Part shown: one piece after another, positions 57,647 to 60,460 of the stretch
Position numbering within the stretch: position 1 is the stretch's first letter
How the letters are laid out: each line of letters opens with the position of its first letter
DNA from: an uncultured Chitinophagaceae bacterium
Lineage (GTDB): Bacteria; Bacteroidota; Bacteroidia; NS11-12g; UBA9320
Assembly: GCA_964647785.1 (NCBI GenBank)
Contig: CAZYJD010000003.1
Coordinates: 1 to 60,460 of the forward strand
DNA length: 60,460 bases
Reading direction: 5' to 3'
The notes under the pieces: model-generated
Told to the model about the DNA's origin: nothing
The model's input: only the letters and a program-made list of their open reading frames with translations
The model's database searches: none
Made by a program: the position numbers and the translations under genes

Positions 57647-58578
57647 TGCGCATTGTTTTCTTCGGAACTCCTGAATTCAGTGTACCCAGTTTAAGGGCCT
57701 TGCATGAAGATGCTGAATTTGATGTGGTTGCAGTTGTTACCGCTGCAGATAAACCCGCAGGCAGGGGGCGAAAAATTCGAGAAAGTGAGGTGAAACAGTT
57801 TGCCACGCAAGCTGGTATTCCGGTACTTCAGCCTGAGAAACTGAAAGACCCCCAATTCCTTGAGCAGCTTTTTTCGCTAGAGGCTGAACTGTTTGTGGTC
57901 ATTGCATTCCGCATGTTACCGGAGGTGGTGTGGAATCATCCGCCCCTTGGCACCATTAACCTGCACGCTTCGTATTTACCAGACTATCGTGGAGCTGCGC
58001 CCATCAATTGGGTGATCATCAATGGAGAAACCCATACCGGACTAAGTACCTTCCGTTTGCAACATGAAATAGATACCGGGAATCTGCTCTTGCGCAAACG
58101 AATTCCGTTGGCACCTAACGAGACCGCAGGAAGCCTCCATGATCGACTGAGCCTTGCCGGTGCTCCCTTAATTTTAGAAACCTTGAGGGGCATTCAATCA
58201 GGAGAACTCAAAGAAACCATCCAAGATGAGCGCGAATTTGTGCACATGGCACCGAAACTGAATCGGGAAGTTGCACATATTCACTGGAACAGGAATGCGA
58301 AAAGCATCCAACAACTGATCAGAGGCCTATCTCCTTTTCCGGCAGCATTTTGTAAATTGGGCGGTAGGATATTAAAAATATATCAGGCAGAAATTGGAAG
58401 CTCGTGTAAAGGAGCACATCCCGGCTCCATTCAAAGTGACCAAAAAAATTACTTTCAAGTGGCAACCAATGATTTCTGGCTAAAACTAACTGAAATACAG
58501 GCAGAAGGAAAAAATAAAATGCCTGTAAATGCATGGCTGGCCGGACTAAGAGAAGTACCCGAGCAAATGGACAGCTAA
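57646..58578 (+). CDS. fmt: Methionyl-tRNA formyltransferase
   Basis: GTG start; FFGTPEF, DKPAGRG, VIAFRML, NLHASYLPDYRGAAPINW, EIDTG. Confidence 0.96.
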   Translation: MRIVFFGTPEFSVPSLRALHEDAEFDVVAVVTAADKPAGRGRKIRESEVKQFATQAGIPVLQPEKLKDPQFLEQLFSLEAELFVVIAFRMLPEVVWNHPPLGTINLHASYLPDYRGAAPINWVIINGETHTGLSTFRLQHEIDTGNLLLRKRIPLAPNETAGSLHDRLSLAGAPLILETLRGIQSGELKETIQDEREFVHMAPKLNREVAHIHWNRNAKSIQQLIRGLSPFPAAFCKLGGRILKIYQAEIGSSCKGAHPGSIQSDQKNYFQVATNDFWLKLTEIQAEGKNKMPVNAWLAGLREVPEQMDS

Positions 58579-58597
58579 CTTTTAATTGATGCATTTA

Positions 58598-58605
58598 TAA
58601 TTTTG
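58598..58605 (+). promoter_or_regulatory. -7 box (TAATTTTG) 4 nt upstream of ATG 58610
   Basis: Exact TAnnTTTG. Confidence 0.65.
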
Positions 58606-58609
58606 CATC

Positions 58610-59266
58610 ATGAAAAAGACGCTAAACATATATTTTATCTTTCTACTTATGTTCATTGGTTTGCTACCGGCAAATGGCCAAACAGATAAAAAAAATGAAA
58701 TCGGGCTCTCTCTAATTTCCGTTTCCATTCCTTCCAGAAACTACGAAGTTGTGGTGGGTGACTTATGGAATTTCAACGTGGTCAACCAACTTTCTTACCG
58801 CAGACATTTTAAAGATTTGAGTTTTCGTGCTCATCTCGGGTTGGAGGAGTTTGAGCGCTCCGGCCGGCAACTCGATAATAATTTTTTTGAATCAGAAGCG
58901 GCCATTGTCACCCAAGCCATTCAACTAGATTTGGGAATCGAATTGCCATTCAAGCGCGATCAAAATTTATCACCCTATCTGTTTGGCGACCTTCATACCC
59001 GCATTATGCAGTACAGTGGAAAACCTAAAGAAAACAGCAGGATTGATGCCGAAGGAGGTCAAATTGGATTAATGACCGGAGGCGGATTAACCTATCAAGT
59101 AGGAGAACATATTCGCATCCGAGGCGAATGCATTTTAGGGCTGCGTTACAATCAAGTGGTAAATGAGTACAGGAGCTTACCCAGCACATTGTTTACCCTC
59201 ACCATAACTGAATTTTCGGTATTTGCCAGCCCGCTCAATCGACTCAGTATTAACTATGCCTTCTGA
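58610..59266 (+). CDS. Putative outer-membrane beta-barrel protein
   Basis: Signal peptide, alternating amphipathic beta strands, C-terminal aromatic signal (SINYAF). Confidence 0.7.
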   Translation: MKKTLNIYFIFLLMFIGLLPANGQTDKKNEIGLSLISVSIPSRNYEVVVGDLWNFNVVNQLSYRRHFKDLSFRAHLGLEEFERSGRQLDNNFFESEAAIVTQAIQLDLGIELPFKRDQNLSPYLFGDLHTRIMQYSGKPKENSRIDAEGGQIGLMTGGGLTYQVGEHIRIRGECILGLRYNQVVNEYRSLPSTLFTLTITEFSVFASPLNRLSINYAF

Positions 59267-59267
59267 T

Positions 59268-60460
59268 TTATATTTGGGCATGTAGCTCCGTAAGCACACG
59301 ATCGGCTTGCCCGATGTACTTCAAAACGAATAACACATATCGGATATCCACCCCAATGGAGCGGCTGTAACTTTCATTCCACGCAAAGTCATTGATGGTG
59401 GCGGTGAAAGCGCGATCAAAGTTGACACCAATAAGTTCACCTTTGCTGTTCATGATCGGGCTTCCGGAGTTTCCACCAGTGGTATCCATATTGTACAACA
59501 TGCCAACCACAACATCACCATTCTTATCGATTCTCAAATTATCAGGCGCTTGGGTATTTTTCAAAATGGATCGATATTCTTCAGAGAGTGCATAATCACC
59601 TTCATCCGTAGCTTTCTCAAGAATGCCTTTCACCGTGGTAAAGGGTTTATTGTACACGGCGTCTTCAGGATAAAAACCCTTGATGTACCCATAGGTGAAA
59701 CGCAAGGTACTATTGGCATCCGGAACAAATGTCCCTTGGTAGTACGCCTGTTTTAGATCAGCCAAATCGGGCAGCAGTGCATTGATGCGATTGTTGCGGT
59801 CTCGGGCTTCCTGAGAGAGGTCCAAGTACCACACAAAAAGGTCATAAGCCAGCTCCTGAACCTTATCTTTTTTGCCCATGAATTTCCATGCATCCTTTTC
59901 AACCAGCGCACGTATTTTTTCAGCGTTCAGGTAATTGCTTTTATCAAATTTAGAAACGAACCAGCGATCCAAATCGGCTTTATTTGACAAGTGGTGTTTG
60001 CTGAGGATATCATTGGCTTTTGCATCATTGAGCTCCATCAATGCCCCTAAGAGCCAATGGGCAAATTCATGATCAATTTCCGGGCTAAAAACCTTGTAAT
60101 TGGTTTTAAATGACTCTATGTATCGAGACGATTCTTGCGCATTCCAGCTCGTCTTTCCGAATCCTGCCTTCTCCGCTTCGTTCATGCCATGCTTAGTAAT
60201 TGCACCAGCATACATGACCCCGCTCGATCGAAATAATTGTCCGAGAATTAATTCTTTTCTCGCATTGGCCAGTTGCTTTTGATAAAGTGCATCCATTTCT
60301 GCAAAAAGAGTGGAATAGCGCCCCAACAGTTCAGGGTCTTTCGACATAAACTTTTGCAATTGCTTTTGCTCAGCAAACTTATCCTCCAGGATTGTGGTTC
60401 GTCTTAACCCCTGCATTTTCCCGTTAAAGTTCTTGGTTACGTTGGCATAACTCTTAATGG
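59268..60460 (-). CDS. S46 family dipeptidyl peptidase (5' end outside the window)
   Basis: PDANSTLRFTYG, DTTGGNSGSP (catalytic Ser), ELIGVNFDR, RSIGVDIRYVLF; the frame stays open from 60416 to the window end. Confidence 0.94.
   Translation of the reverse strand, partial: IKSYANVTKNFNGKMQGLRRTTILEDKFAEQKQLQKFMSKDPELLGRYSTLFAEMDALYQKQLANARKELILGQLFRSSGVMYAGAITKHGMNEAEKAGFGKTSWNAQESSRYIESFKTNYKVFSPEIDHEFAHWLLGALMELNDAKANDILSKHHLSNKADLDRWFVSKFDKSNYLNAEKIRALVEKDAWKFMGKKDKVQELAYDLFVWYLDLSQEARDRNNRINALLPDLADLKQAYYQGTFVPDANSTLRFTYGYIKGFYPEDAVYNKPFTTVKGILEKATDEGDYALSEEYRSILKNTQAPDNLRIDKNGDVVVGMLYNMDTTGGNSGSPIMNSKGELIGVNFDRAFTATINDFAWNESYSRSIGVDIRYVLFVLKYIGQADRVLTELHAQI

Noticed and set aside
73-60282. 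The many short (60-180 aa) ORF-track entries antisense to or nested in long genes
   Set aside because: They overlap genes with clear family motifs and show no recognisable motifs or promoters; expected shadow ORFs.
1-60460. CRISPR arrays, IS elements, prophage or defence genes
   Set aside because: No regularly spaced repeats, terminal inverted repeats, transposase, integrase or phage motifs were seen by eye.

Overview
A very gene-dense, core-genome-like 60 kb window from a Bacteroidota bacterium. The assignment rests on TAnnTTTG -7 promoter boxes, type IX secretion (T9SS) sorting domains, and Bacteroidota-type nusB/yajC/coaE and dapB/lepB gene order. It holds about 52 protein genes and one tRNA-Arg(ACG). 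I saw no mobile element, CRISPR array or long DNA repeat. Content: housekeeping genes (dnaN, prfC, lysA, dapB, lepB, fmt, nusB, coaE, mltG, split transketolase), a crtI-crtB-hypothetical-crtZ carotenoid operon without a cyclase, envelope genes (CapD-like, LptF/G, MsbA-like, Omp85, PAP2 + ArnT-like, TonB-dependent receptor + DUF4249) and three T9SS cargo proteins. Most unusual observations: (1) a T9SS-secreted Asp-box beta-propeller whose usual N-terminal segment (ERGPxNxGGRTR...GGLW) sits at the C-terminus, an apparent circular permutation; (2) several genes whose -7 box lies 4-7 nt from the ATG, implying leaderless or near-leaderless mRNAs; (3) a secreted VWA protein between the two transketolase half-genes; (4) a secreted helical-repeat + CAP-domain protein lacking the second conserved His. 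Family assignments come from motif recognition only; no database search was run.
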